Origin: an uncultured Rikenellaceae bacterium
Lineage (GTDB): Bacteria > Bacteroidota > Bacteroidia > Bacteroidales > VadinHA17
Reading direction: 5' to 3'
Assembly (NCBI GenBank): GCA_964399575.1
Contig: CAYNRI010000004.1
Coordinates: 1 to 62,386 of the forward strand
DNA: 62,386 nucleotides
Notes under the pieces: model-generated
Seen by the model: the letters and a program-made list of their open reading frames with translations, nothing else
Database searches by the model: none
Told to the model about the DNA's origin: nothing
Part shown: positions 62,356 through 62,386 of the stretch, piece by piece
Numbering within the stretch: the first letter of the stretch is position 1
Layout: each line of letters begins with the position of its first letter
Position numbers and translations under genes: made by a program

Positions 62356-62386
62356 CCAGGGAAAAACTCTAAATCAGGCCCGGTCT

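Noticed and set aside
1-62386. Mobile elements, prophage, defence islands, tRNA/rRNA/tmRNA genes.
   Set aside because: I recognised no transposase, integrase, recombinase, restriction, toxin or phage-structural motif in any ORF of 60 aa or more. No non-coding gap is long enough (the longest is about 310 nt) or has tRNA-like T-arm sequences. tRNAscan-SE, Infernal and a defence-system finder were not run.

Overview
This is a densely packed 62.4-kb chromosomal segment with about 58 protein genes and less than 5% non-coding sequence. Its gene content and promoter motifs point to a Bacteroidota genome: T9SS parts (PorP/SprF, a type-B CTD cargo, DUF5103 plug, PorG-like barrels), an nqrABCDEF-apbE operon, the murI-skp-skp-bamA-uppS envelope cluster, and TAnnTTTG -7 boxes. 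I found no rRNA, tRNA, CRISPR array, transposase, integrase or phage gene.

Gene blocks, left to right:
- A YqgE/AlgH gene (partial) and a fused E1 alpha/beta 2-oxoacid dehydrogenase.
- Na+-NQR plus ApbE on the minus strand.
- A roughly 8-kb minus-strand unit encoding a tungsten-type aldehyde:ferredoxin oxidoreductase, a WtpABC-like oxyanion ABC transporter, and MoeA-MoaA-MoaC-MogA. A ThiF/ThiS(MoaD)-like pair sits divergently next to it.
- An ECF sigma factor, a membrane-anchored PKD/T9SS type-B CTD protein and PorP/SprF.
- Proline dehydrogenase, the futalosine genes mqnB and mqnD, and PTPS-folE-fabD.
- korAB followed by two translationally coupled giant paralogs (1153 and 988 aa).
- The Bam/Skp/UppS envelope cluster and housekeeping genes (nadK, pdxJ, udk, manA, engB, prs, rplY, pth and others).

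The best candidates for something undescribed:
1. The korAB-linked pair of giant paralogs. Each has tandem receiver-like domains, a PEP-synthase-type ATP-grasp domain and a short C-terminal module with a conserved G(S/T)HFF histidine. Only the longer one carries an N-terminal sensor module.
2. The self-contained tungsten-enzyme island, with a minimal MoaA and a nearby orphan E1-like/ubiquitin-like pair.
3. A family of G/C-rich short-tandem-repeat islands that fill four intergenic gaps and share exact 10-16-nt motifs. One of them is a (GGGAGTC)x6 run that matches the G-quadruplex pattern.

All functional calls come from my recognition of motifs in the translated ORFs. No database search was run.
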